Source: a virus | Lineage: Duplodnaviria; Heunggongvirae; Uroviricota; Caudoviricetes | Direction: 5' to 3' (one strand) | Virus record (IMG/VR): IMGVR_UViG_3300049203_000077 | Coordinates: 64,001-104,734 of that record | Length of the DNA: 40,734 bases | Part shown: positions 19,601 through 28,200 of the stretch, piece after piece | How the letters are laid out: every line of letters begins with the position of its first letter | Numbering within the stretch: the stretch's first letter is position 1 | Notes under the pieces: generated by a model | The model's database searches: none | Told to the model about the DNA's origin: nothing | What the model saw: the letters and a program-made list of their open reading frames with translations, nothing else | Position numbers and translations under genes: made by a program

Positions 19601-20656
19601 TACGCTAGGGAGCTTCCTTCTCTAGTAGCTGAAACAGTTGGAAAGGGAGATTCTTTTCTAAACAAACTAGCAGATCACTATGATGTTCCTCAAGGTGAAT
19701 TTAAGGATCATTATGGAGAAAATGTTTCTAAGGGAACATTCAATAAATTAATGAAAACCAGCACTTTATTCTTTTTACAGAAAGGGGGTGAACATCAGAT
19801 TCAGGTGACAGGAATGCTTTCTTTAATGCACTCTGTTAAATTAACTGATTCTAAAACAGGAGAGCAAACAAGTCTTTATGCTGCTATGAAAGAGACCAAT
19901 GGAAATCTCGATGAAATGGCGTCAAAATTTGGATGGAGTGTAGAAGACGATAAAGCTTTTAGAAATAGGTTACATGCTGTTGTTAAAAATCTACAAGGTG
20001 TGTATAATAGTTTTGATAAAGCTATGTTATCAAGACGTTGGTATGGTAAACTAGCACTTATGTTTCGTAAATATCTTTTTAAAGCTATGCAGTCAAGATG
20101 GGGTGAGAAGTATGTAGATTATGAGCTTGGAACAGATGATGGTGGATATTGGAGAGAATTTATGAGTAAGTTTTATAAAGATGTTAAAGAGTATAAATGG
20201 GGAGCTATTCAAAGAATGTGGACTAAAGATGGATATGATGAGTTTCAGAAATCAGCTATTAATAAATCTTTATATGAATTTAGTGTTATCTTAGCTACAT
20301 TTGTTCTTATAGGACTTATTGGAAGTGGAGATGAGGATGACAAGTGGTTAGATAATGAAATGCAACTTCAACTTACACGGTTTAGTGCAGATATTACTCA
20401 GTATATCAATCCATCAGACTTTATTCGTGTGATTCGTAATCCTGCAGCTTCTATTAACATGATGGAAAAATGGATAAGTTGGTTTACTCAGATATTTAGT
20501 CCATTTGAAGAGTATGAAAGGGCTTCTGGCATAGCTGAAAAAGGAGATAATAAGCTGTATATTAAGACGTTAAAACTAATGCCTGTTGTTAGGCAACTCA
20601 TTAATTTTCTAACCCCGGAAGAGCAAATTAAATTCTATAAACTTACTGGTAGATAA
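16700..20656 (+). CDS. Large virion cargo/ejection protein with zincin-like HExxH domain (1318 aa)
   Basis: TVFHEYLHPF (17147-17161) followed by NEALVEYLG; C-terminal hydrophobic segment FSVILATFVLIGLIG; last gene of the giant cluster. Confidence 0.75.
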   Translation: MKCSVIRNSNNEIQQVLASNGEESILFNILDRVLNDKEKALRLWATTYTPDFKKKFKGERDENGEPLLREISSMVEMDNPNASDSIYFQKGDNSSFELFGKIQTIAQKLNNRFNIPYSIINDPSNPNRGWFGVNGVVINLAHAKKDTVFHEYLHPFILAVQQQNPFLYKDLLVQLSSDLEGIKVIGEVTRKYPELTKEQQMNEALVEYLGKLSAQKYNTPKSPFNRFINWLKSLFKKIQIDPKNFRIDMTLDEVADLIVDDIYVADLRAILQDAKIQTVYQKPDTDLTYESVYQRIKDKVSILNRTIKNRKKGDQFKEDISVLNEIIQNQDEITSINNFISNSIYYIDAAKKRFETLRDSVRKADQLTKDQLSYNLNILGEIQQLLNVYNSLDSVKSLLFREGIGYDNPRFQELATAIDQKNQIIEDFKSFSLTYLTEWLFPYLEPTNRNLEAQGKQNMMITKDQFREQLVMALRDISAAGYWLGTTINSRDPVSAAVGLALKDVVYDNHLKDLDTKKELTNEYERARGSALYKSSKDEETFNKEFLREVEVWEKVGVDPETGEDKYDYRRRLAFYQEYQLDQFDKAKKEFYRQLGPKPTNDAKALRAWNKAQSEWYAQNTQIHPDYQRIISEKRRTLTKRQFEEWWLTNTKEIDELDYGYGRKLSHYYGRRVLQNSFNPTKGTFRALSGELIRPAEKYKDRKFSTLMNNAYYRKLYNSYKEANDKLGSFGLKYGIIPQLSKGQNAFSDLEWKDGVKKNLGKAWKGVKDSITANFDEEKTVQRQDGAEVKKVPVYYTTMLNPSDLKLDLLEGVLKYSQMANNYSTMTEIEPNIIVLKTVLNGDFNLGIKGRDVAKTNSKGIQVFNAITKKVVPKMAREDMLNNRLNEFINDIVYGDAEFEQAINMGGREVSLNKLSNKVALLTALQNMAVNVNGGISNVIVGNFNNTIEAMGRRFYSAKDYAWAQGVYARELPSLVAETVGKGDSFLNKLADHYDVPQGEFKDHYGENVSKGTFNKLMKTSTLFFLQKGGEHQIQVTGMLSLMHSVKLTDSKTGEQTSLYAAMKETNGNLDEMASKFGWSVEDDKAFRNRLHAVVKNLQGVYNSFDKAMLSRRWYGKLALMFRKYLFKAMQSRWGEKYVDYELGTDDGGYWREFMSKFYKDVKEYKWGAIQRMWTKDGYDEFQKSAINKSLYEFSVILATFVLIGLIGSGDEDDKWLDNEMQLQLTRFSADITQYINPSDFIRVIRNPAASINMMEKWISWFTQIFSPFEEYERASGIAEKGDNKLYIKTLKLMPVVRQLINFLTPEEQIKFYKLTGR

Positions 20657-20711
20657 TGCTATTAGAGTTCTTAAATGAACTCTAACTACTTCATTTCTAA
20701 TAAAAAAAGCA

Positions 20712-20719
20712 TATATTTG
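20712..20719 (+). promoter_or_regulatory. TATATTTG -7 promoter box for the lysis/structural genes downstream
   Basis: Consensus match in the 20657-20798 intergenic gap. Confidence 0.55.
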
Positions 20720-20720
20720 T

Positions 20721-20757
20721 GCCTAGCGAGCAATTGCTGGGCTCTTTTATTTCTTTT
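20721..20757 (+). terminator. Intrinsic terminator after the cargo operon
   Basis: Stem GCCTAGC / GCTGGGC (one G-U pair), 8-nt loop, followed by TCTTTTATTTCTTTT. Confidence 0.6.
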
Positions 20758-20798
20758 ATTTAGAGCTGGATTTTTTAATAATAAAAAATTGATAATAT

Positions 20799-21104
20799 AT
20801 GGCTCAAGGAGATTTTCTACTTGTCTTGGATCAAATTGCGCGTAATACGCGTATTACTGCAAATACCCTCTGTGGCACTCCCTCTCTAGCTTCCATTACT
20901 GGCGGAACGGGAAATATTCCCTATGGATTTAACTCTGTTAGTATTACAGCTACAACAGTTCCTGCAACAATTACTTTCGCTGATGCAACAACTTACACTC
21001 TTAGTACAGTAGGGGAAACTCTTCCTATTTCTGCTGCTGAAGGTGGGAGGTTACCTGCATTTACTATTTCTGCTGGAGCAGTTAAGTGGATAGGTATAAA
21101 ATAA
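20799..21104 (+). CDS. Small beta-rich hypothetical protein, probably structural (101 aa)
   Basis: Thr/Ala/Gly-rich ORF in the late module, with A-rich upstream region. Confidence 0.55.
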   Translation: MAQGDFLLVLDQIARNTRITANTLCGTPSLASITGGTGNIPYGFNSVSITATTVPATITFADATTYTLSTVGETLPISAAEGGRLPAFTISAGAVKWIGIK

Positions 21105-21120
21105 TCTATCATATGTATGT

Positions 21121-21483
21121 ATGAGAAAAGGAGAGTACATTGATATGAATTTATTAGAATTTCTTAATGATCTCGGGATTGGATGGCGCTATTTACTTAA
21201 TGGGCTTATTGGGGCTATTGTTTGGTCAATCTATAAGAAACTACGATTAATAGAAGCACTTAGACAGATATTAATAGGCTCTATTGTAGCAGGATATATT
21301 ACTCCGTTAATTGCGTATAAAGAAGCAATCCCTATTGAATATATGGCAGCATTATCCTTTATCATAGGAATGATGGGAATGATTATAATTGATGGAATTT
21401 ATAAATATATAGTAGGTAAAGTTCGTGCATTTAGAAAGGGGAAAGAAATTCTAAATGAAGAATTGGAGAATTCGAAAAATTAG
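21121..21483 (+). CDS. Putative holin (2-3 TM segments, basic C-terminal tail); start may be ATG at 21145
   Basis: Hydrophobic segments LLNGLIGAIVWSI, ILIGSIVAGYI and ALSFIIGMMGMIII; basic tail; upstream of the lysozyme gene. Confidence 0.6.
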   Translation: MRKGEYIDMNLLEFLNDLGIGWRYLLNGLIGAIVWSIYKKLRLIEALRQILIGSIVAGYITPLIAYKEAIPIEYMAALSFIIGMMGMIIIDGIYKYIVGKVRAFRKGKEILNEELENSKN

Positions 21484-21493
21484 TGTATCTTTG
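21463..21493 (+). promoter_or_regulatory. Bacteroidota promoter TTG-N20-TATCTTTG
   Basis: TTG at 21463-21465, TATCTTTG at 21486-21493, ATG at 21511. Confidence 0.6.
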
Positions 21494-21510
21494 TCACTAA
21501 AATCAAAAAT

Positions 21511-21732
21511 ATGAGTATTAAATTAAGTAGAAAAGCAAAAGACATTCTGTTTGTATCTGGTCTTTTAAGCTGCCTAGTTTTAGCTGTTGGTGGATTTGGT
21601 TGGTCAGATTATGCAGATTCTAAGTTCTGGCAAGTAGCATGGAATGTACTCGGTGGTCTTGGTATCATTGGTTTCTTAGGTGGAATCAAGTGGAAATCAG
21701 ATCAGAGAGAACCTATTAAACCTGATCAATAA
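21511..21732 (+). CDS. Small two-TM membrane protein (73 aa)
   Basis: Two hydrophobic helices; stop codon overlaps the next start (TAATG). Confidence 0.65.
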   Translation: MSIKLSRKAKDILFVSGLLSCLVLAVGGFGWSDYADSKFWQVAWNVLGGLGIIGFLGGIKWKSDQREPIKPDQ

Positions 21733-22142
21733 TGTATTGGCTGGCATTCATAATATCTCTTGCATTTACACTTCTTCTGTCTGGAAAGGACGCAAGTTCT
21801 TTCCTTCTCAGAGGAGTACTGGATTCATATCAAGGAGTGACAAAATCACGTCTTGATAGGTGGCACAGAGATGGTGTTATAATGCACAGCTTATTTACAC
21901 TAGTTCTAGCCTGGGCTACAGGACTATGGGTAAGTGCTCCTATCCAAGCACTTCTAATAAGACTGGGTTTTTACGACCTATCTTTTAACAAGTGGACTTC
22001 CTTACCAACAACCTATATTGGAAACACTTCTGGTGTAGATAGAATATTTTTAAAAATATTTGGACATAATGGTGCTGTAAAGAAAAGTGCAGCATTTTTA
22101 ATAATACTATTGTTATGGGGAGTGTTAAGGATATTTTTGTAA
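21732..22142 (+). CDS. Multi-TM membrane protein of unknown function (136 aa)
   Basis: Three or four hydrophobic segments; translationally coupled to the upstream gene. Confidence 0.65.
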   Translation: MYWLAFIISLAFTLLLSGKDASSFLLRGVLDSYQGVTKSRLDRWHRDGVIMHSLFTLVLAWATGLWVSAPIQALLIRLGFYDLSFNKWTSLPTTYIGNTSGVDRIFLKIFGHNGAVKKSAAFLIILLLWGVLRIFL

Positions 22143-22924
22143 AGGTAATTTCAGATAGTAAGTCAAAATTGTTACTTGCGGGAGCAAGTATTATTCTGCT
22201 TTTAGTGCTTCTTAATCATTGGAATTACAAGAGATATAAAGAAGCAAAGCAAAGGATAGAGAGAGCAGAAAATAACTTAGCTGCTGCTCAAGATACCATA
22301 AGAGTAGCAAAAGCTAAGAATGGCGAACTTGAGTATAGTAAGCGTATTTATGTTGTTTCTACTAAGAGAAAACTCAAGGAATTAAGTGATTCTCTTGCTA
22401 AACAATTAGATCTCTCAAAAGGTAATGTTATAGCTATAGAGAATATAGGGTTTAAAATAAAACATGACACTGTCTCAGTACCTACTACAGTATATGTGAA
22501 TAAAGAGGATAGTATTATAAAGATAAGATCTCGGATAGATACTACTTATTCTAAGGGTAACTTTAGAACAATATCTTTTGAAAGTGAATATAAGGCTAAA
22601 GAAGGAAAAGCTTTTAGTCTTCTCACTGAAGATAAAATAGGCTTCACTGCTACTGTAGGGCTCAAAATAAATGAAAAGAAACAATACGAAATATTCGTTC
22701 GTCCTCACTACCCTAATATGACAGTGGGACTCCTAGAAGGAGCGATAATTGAGGATAATTTAATTAAAAAAGAGACTAAGATTCCTCTTGTTACGATAGG
22801 AGGACATTTAGGCTGGACACCGTTCACCTATGATATTAAGACACAGAAGGCTGATGTTAACTTTAATAGAATAGGAGTAAGTGTAGGGCTTAACTTCAAC
22901 TTAGCTGCAATGCTGAAGAAATGA
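22115..22924 (+). CDS. Spanin-like protein: N-terminal TM, coiled coil, C-terminal amphipathic beta strands (269 aa)
   Basis: LLLAGASIILLLVLL anchor; coiled coil KQRIERAENNLAAAQDT; ends IGVSVGLNFNL; lies in the lysis cassette. Confidence 0.5.
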   Translation: MGSVKDIFVKVISDSKSKLLLAGASIILLLVLLNHWNYKRYKEAKQRIERAENNLAAAQDTIRVAKAKNGELEYSKRIYVVSTKRKLKELSDSLAKQLDLSKGNVIAIENIGFKIKHDTVSVPTTVYVNKEDSIIKIRSRIDTTYSKGNFRTISFESEYKAKEGKAFSLLTEDKIGFTATVGLKINEKKQYEIFVRPHYPNMTVGLLEGAIIEDNLIKKETKIPLVTIGGHLGWTPFTYDIKTQKADVNFNRIGVSVGLNFNLAAMLKK

Positions 22925-23214
22925 GGCAAATTAATAAATCACGACTAGAACTTTATGTAGAAAATTATCTGAAGACTAAGCCTCCTAGAACACTGCAAGG
23001 TCTCAATTACCTACGTAAATCTAGGGCATATATTGATTATGCTCTTTTCTATAACGAGTGTGATTACTCCGAACCTTTTCTGAATCTATACACTATTCAA
23101 GATAATCAGTTTACAAAAACTGTTTATCATATGATAAGAAATATAGGACTTAATTACTACAAAAAAAGTTTAGAAAGAACGTCGGAGTTATTAAATAAAT
23201 ACATAAACCAATGA
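22921..23214 (+). CDS. Hypothetical protein (97 aa)
   Basis: ATGA overlaps with both neighbouring genes. Confidence 0.6.
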   Translation: MRQINKSRLELYVENYLKTKPPRTLQGLNYLRKSRAYIDYALFYNECDYSEPFLNLYTIQDNQFTKTVYHMIRNIGLNYYKKSLERTSELLNKYINQ

Positions 23215-23390
23215 ATATAGAGTTTACACAACAAGATTTACAAAAATTAGACGAATTAATTCAACAAACACCTTTCAAATATGCTCTTCCTTTCTTCCAA
23301 TTTTTTCAGGTGAAGGTAAAGGAGACACAAGATAGGCAGCTTATTTTGGAAGGAAAAGCTCGAACAGATGGAAATCAAACAGATGGATAA
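23211..23390 (+). CDS. Small helical hypothetical protein, 59 aa, not in the ORF track (MNIEFTQQDLQKLDELIQQTPFKYALPFFQFF...)
   Basis: Translated by hand; ATG overlaps the TGA of the previous gene; fills the gap up to the lysozyme gene. Confidence 0.65.
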   Translation: MNIEFTQQDLQKLDELIQQTPFKYALPFFQFFQVKVKETQDRQLILEGKARTDGNQTDG

Positions 23391-23817
23391 TAAAGGAATT
23401 GAATTCTTAGTTAATGAGGAAGGACTAGTTCTTCATCCATACTTAGATGATGGAGGAGTTCCTACAATTGGTGTAGGTTGTACTTACTACGAGAATGGTA
23501 GCCGCGTCAAGATGACTGATCCTGCAATTTCCAGGGAAAGAGCAATAGAATTGTACAGACATATTCTAAAAAACTATGAAACTACTGTTTGGTCTGTTAC
23601 TAGAGATGACATTTCTCAGAATCAATTTAATGCTCTTACATCTATCTGTTTCAATATTGGAGTAGGAGCTTTTAAGAAAAGCACACTTCTTAAGCGTGTA
23701 AATAATAATCCCAACGATCCCTCTATTAAGGAGGCATTTAAAATGTGGAGATTTGACAACGGAAAACCTGTTCTTCTAGGAAGACGCATTAGGGAATCCA
23801 AGCTTTATTTTAGTTAA
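23368..23817 (+). CDS. Endolysin, GH24 phage lysozyme (start may be 23383)
   Basis: Catalytic E-x8-D-x5-T arrangement in NEEGLVLHPYLDDGGVPTIG; ISQNQFNALTSICFNIGVGAF; LLGRRIRE. Confidence 0.93.
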   Translation: MEIKQMDNKGIEFLVNEEGLVLHPYLDDGGVPTIGVGCTYYENGSRVKMTDPAISRERAIELYRHILKNYETTVWSVTRDDISQNQFNALTSICFNIGVGAFKKSTLLKRVNNNPNDPSIKEAFKMWRFDNGKPVLLGRRIRESKLYFS

Positions 23818-23829
23818 ATAATTTGATTA

Positions 23830-25215
23830 ATGCTAGGTGATAGATTTTACGTAGAAAAAGACAAAGGTGGAAAACCTAAGTTATTTTCTCCAGTGTACAC
23901 AGAAAGAGTTAAAGATAATCTTTTAGAGATTACTGATTATCTTGAATCATGTTGTAATACACTTACAAACATATCTAATTATAAGAGATTTTACATAAAA
24001 TTAGATTCTCATAATAAGCCTATACATGGAACCTTAACTAATAGAAGACCTATTACGGGGAATTATGCAGATATAACTTTAGCTTACGTATCCCAATCAT
24101 GTTGTTCAACACATGTTGAAAAACAATTAGTTAATTTTAATTCTGTAAATATTACAGAATACCCTGTTGGAGTATTTAATTATGTGGGAGACTATTTAGG
24201 AGATGCTAATACACAGCAAGAGTACATTAGTATATGGAATGCTGATCCTGTAAATAACGAAAAAGCATTATTATCAATAGGTTCAAATGATTTTTTGTTT
24301 GATGTTTTGTTATTGGATGAGACATTTACAGGAAACTTACTAGGATTGAATTTCTTTTCGACTACATTTGCAAATAACGGAAATGTAACACTGCATCTTG
24401 ATAACGACGCAGTAATTATAAATAAAACTACTGATGCTATTTACTATAGTAATAACTATCCTGTCGTAAATAGTGATACCAATGTATTTTTTAATTTCAT
24501 TGTTCCTTATTTCTGGCATGTGACACCCACTTTTAATATGAGAAATGTTGCATTAACTGGGTACACTGCAGGTGAAAAAATGAATATCTATCATAATAAT
24601 GTAGATATTGTATTTGCACATGTATTTACAAATCAATTAACAACTATCCAGGGTCAACTTCCTACAGGATTACAATATTTCTTTGCAAGAGGTGTTGTCA
24701 CAACAGACTATAATTTAATTACTAATGTTGGAGATTTAGCAAATCTTAAGGTTTGGGCAACTGATCATTTTGGAGGAGCTCCTAATTATATTCTTCCATC
24801 ATTTGTTCCAACAGAATTAAGAGATTTATCCCAGATAGAAATGTTATGGCTTGGTGAAACGAATACTGCAGATGAATTGTATCAATTTGATTGGGTTACA
24901 GCAGCCAATTTTCCTGTATTAACAGATTTAATATTTACAGGTAATCCACTTACACTAACAAGTGTGGACAATGTTTGGGTGTCAGCGCTTCCCAAACCTA
25001 CTAATTTGCTATTGTTTAAATTTAATTTTCTAGTGCCTAGTTCTATAGCAGATGATCTTTGGAATGCAATCGGTAATCATATGACAGGGGTTGTTCCTAC
25101 TGGTGCTCAGAAGAGAATCGTAGTAGCAAACACGGATACAACTGTGACGGCTGCTTCTTTGTCAGCTAGAAATGCTCTTACTGCTGCTGGTTGGACTTTA
25201 AGTTACACTGTATAA
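23830..25215 (+). CDS. Virion fibre/decoration-like protein with duplicated Cys-Cys N-terminal module and LRR-like C-terminal region (461 aa)
   Basis: Two RFY...KP...I....SCC repeats; LRR-like segments (LPTGLQYFF, LANLKVW, LSQIEMLWL, FPVLTDLIF); C-terminal cap ARNALTAAGWTL. Confidence 0.55.
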   Translation: MLGDRFYVEKDKGGKPKLFSPVYTERVKDNLLEITDYLESCCNTLTNISNYKRFYIKLDSHNKPIHGTLTNRRPITGNYADITLAYVSQSCCSTHVEKQLVNFNSVNITEYPVGVFNYVGDYLGDANTQQEYISIWNADPVNNEKALLSIGSNDFLFDVLLLDETFTGNLLGLNFFSTTFANNGNVTLHLDNDAVIINKTTDAIYYSNNYPVVNSDTNVFFNFIVPYFWHVTPTFNMRNVALTGYTAGEKMNIYHNNVDIVFAHVFTNQLTTIQGQLPTGLQYFFARGVVTTDYNLITNVGDLANLKVWATDHFGGAPNYILPSFVPTELRDLSQIEMLWLGETNTADELYQFDWVTAANFPVLTDLIFTGNPLTLTSVDNVWVSALPKPTNLLLFKFNFLVPSSIADDLWNAIGNHMTGVVPTGAQKRIVVANTDTTVTAASLSARNALTAAGWTLSYTV

Positions 25216-25237
25216 AACATACTGAAAGATATTAATA

Positions 25238-28200
25238 ATGAGTAAATCAAGAGTTTGTAAGAAAAACTGTAGCTGCGATCAAAATATTTGGTACAAACTA
25301 AATTGTAATAATCTTAATTTTACAAGTGAGGATAGTACTGTAACTATTACTAAGGATGGATGTAATTTTGACCTTTCTGTAGATGCTCTTGCAGGATCTG
25401 GAACTGTCACTTCTGTAGGACTTACTGTACCGTCCGGTCTCTCTGTAGCTAATTCTCCTATTACTACAAGTGGTACAATAAATATCACTACTGTTCTAAA
25501 TGGTCCTGTGAGAGGAACAGGAACAGGGTTCACTACAGGACAAATAAATTTAGCTACAGAAGTACTTGGAACTCTTGCTGTTACTAATGGTGGTACAGGT
25601 ATTACTGCTTTAGGAGGGGCGCTGCAGCTACTTAGGGTTAATACTCTAGGAAATTCACTAGAATACTTTACGCCTTCTTATATATCTGGTGTCTCTCTTA
25701 CAGGAGATGTCACTGGGACAGGTACAAGTAGCTTAACTACCACCATCTCTCCACAAGCTGTTACATTCTCTAAGATACAAAATATTAGTACACAAAAACT
25801 TATTGGAAGATATTCTCCTAGTACTGGTTCTGTGGAAGAAATTACACTAGGAACAGGTCTTACTCTTTCTTCCGGAGGCGTTCTTAGTGCTAGTGGTGGA
25901 GTAACTTCAGTTAACTTTACGGATGGAAGTGGATTTGATGGAACAGTATTAAATCCAACCACAGCTCCAGTTATATCTCTCACTACTACACTTTCGTCAG
26001 GAAGCATTCCTTTTATTGGAATAGGAGGTGGACTACTTGAAGATAACTCTATTCTATTTTGGGATAATACAAATAAAAGACTTGGTTTAGGAACTAATAC
26101 TCCTTCTCAAAGACTTCATGTCTCAGGAAGCACCATTATTTCAAATCTAGCTACAGGAGGAACTGCACCTACTACTTCTGGCACTACTAGAATGGTAATA
26201 AGTGACGCTAACGGACTTCTTTCATTTACTGCCATACCAGTAGGTAACACCTACACCTCAGATAATGGAATTACATTAACAGGTAATAATTTCCAGCTTG
26301 GAGGTACTTTACTGCATGATACTGTTATAGACGCTACAACAGATTATAGTTTATCTGTTGTAGGGTCAGGAGCAGGTATTCCATTTAAAGTTACTTCTGA
26401 CAATAATATAGCAACACAAATCATATCTGCTACTAGTATTGCTGTACAAGCAACTGCAGGTGATAGTTTTCCGGCAGGACATTTTACAAACAGTACGCCT
26501 TATACAGATAGTGTGATCGATGCTATACATGCACAACATCAAGCTAATGGCTCTCCTGCTTCATTGGGTATAGGTGTAGGAATATCAATGAATGTTTCAG
26601 ATGATAGTGGTTTATATCAGTCCACAAGGCTTATTTCGAAATGGACAGACTTAACACATGCTACTCGTAGCTCCCAGTTTACTATTACAGGTGTAAATAG
26701 CGGAACTAGCTCTGACATTTTTACTTTAAGTGGAAGTGGAGCTACTAGGCTAAATAAATATGGAACAGGAACATTTACTGGAACTGCTGCTTATACACTT
26801 CAAGTAGACTCTTCTGGAAATATAATAGAAGGAACTGTTTCTGGAGGAAGTAGTACATTTGCAGGATTAACTGATGTAACTCTCACAAGTTTACAAAACG
26901 GACAAATAGCAAGTTATAATAGTGCTACTTCTGAATGGGTGAATAGACAACCTTGTTACTTTAATGTTAAAGATTATGGTGCTTTAGGAGATGGTGTAAC
27001 TGATGATAGAGCTGCTATTATTGCTGCTAGAGATGCTGCATATACATCTGGTGGAGGAGTGCTTTTCTTTCCTGCTGGAGAATACCTACTTTCTGATAGT
27101 ATAACATTTGAGCATTGTATAAGATTTCAAGGGGTTACTAAGTCAGGAGGATTGCATAATAATCAAGCAGGGGGTGTTCTTGAAAAAGACAGACTTGGTC
27201 CTATTGAAATGTCAAGTGTTATTGTCGTAACTGATAATAAAGATGGATTTGTATTTGATAGGCAATCTGATGAAACAAAGGCGGCTTTTTCAGTAGAAAA
27301 TCTTACTTTTAAGTCAACAGTCACTCCTGGATCTAATACTGGAGGTTCCTTTATAGTTATTAAAGGAATGCTACAAGGTACCATAGTTAAGGATACTACA
27401 TTCTATGGAGGGTACATTCAGTTAAACATTGAATCAGGTTATTATCAAATGATAACTGGGTGTCATTTCTCCGCTCCTCTTATAGCTGGTATAAAGACTA
27501 ATAATAATATTCGTACAGATACAGGTGATTTCACTGTGTTAGCATGTACGTTTAATTCTGGTACATTCGCTACAGGAACAGCAGTAACTAAGGCTATTTG
27601 GTGGCAATCAGGTGGAGGTATGCGCGTGGTTGATTGTAAGTTTGACGCATGTGAATTTAATAACGCAAATGGTTATCAGTATCATATATATGTAGAAAAT
27701 GTTCTTGATCCAACAAGTGATATTATACTATCTAATAATAGTTTTGAGAACTGGGTAGTTTCCGCTGTATATATGAGAGGAATTGTCTCTCCCTATGTTC
27801 GAAATATACATATTACTTCTAATCAGTTTGCTCCAGTAGGTTCTACTGGACCCGCAATTGACATTGATCAAATGGAAGTGATTGTTGTAAGTGATTTTGA
27901 AATTAGAGATTGGGGAGGAACTGTTTCTGCTGCTGCAATAAAAATTACAAATTGTACAGGTGTAACAATAGGTAAAGGTCACATAAGAGACTATACCTCT
28001 AATTTTGATTTAACAGGAAGTACAGACACGCATATTGATTATATGTGGGGAGGAGATGTTGCTATTGGAACAAAAAACACTGCTAATATTGCTGGTCTTA
28101 ATAGTACTTTATATACAACAGGGACTATATTAGGTAGAGCTACTACAGGTCAATTTGGTGCTGGTATTGTTGAACTTGCTTCTCAACTTGCGGAGCTACC

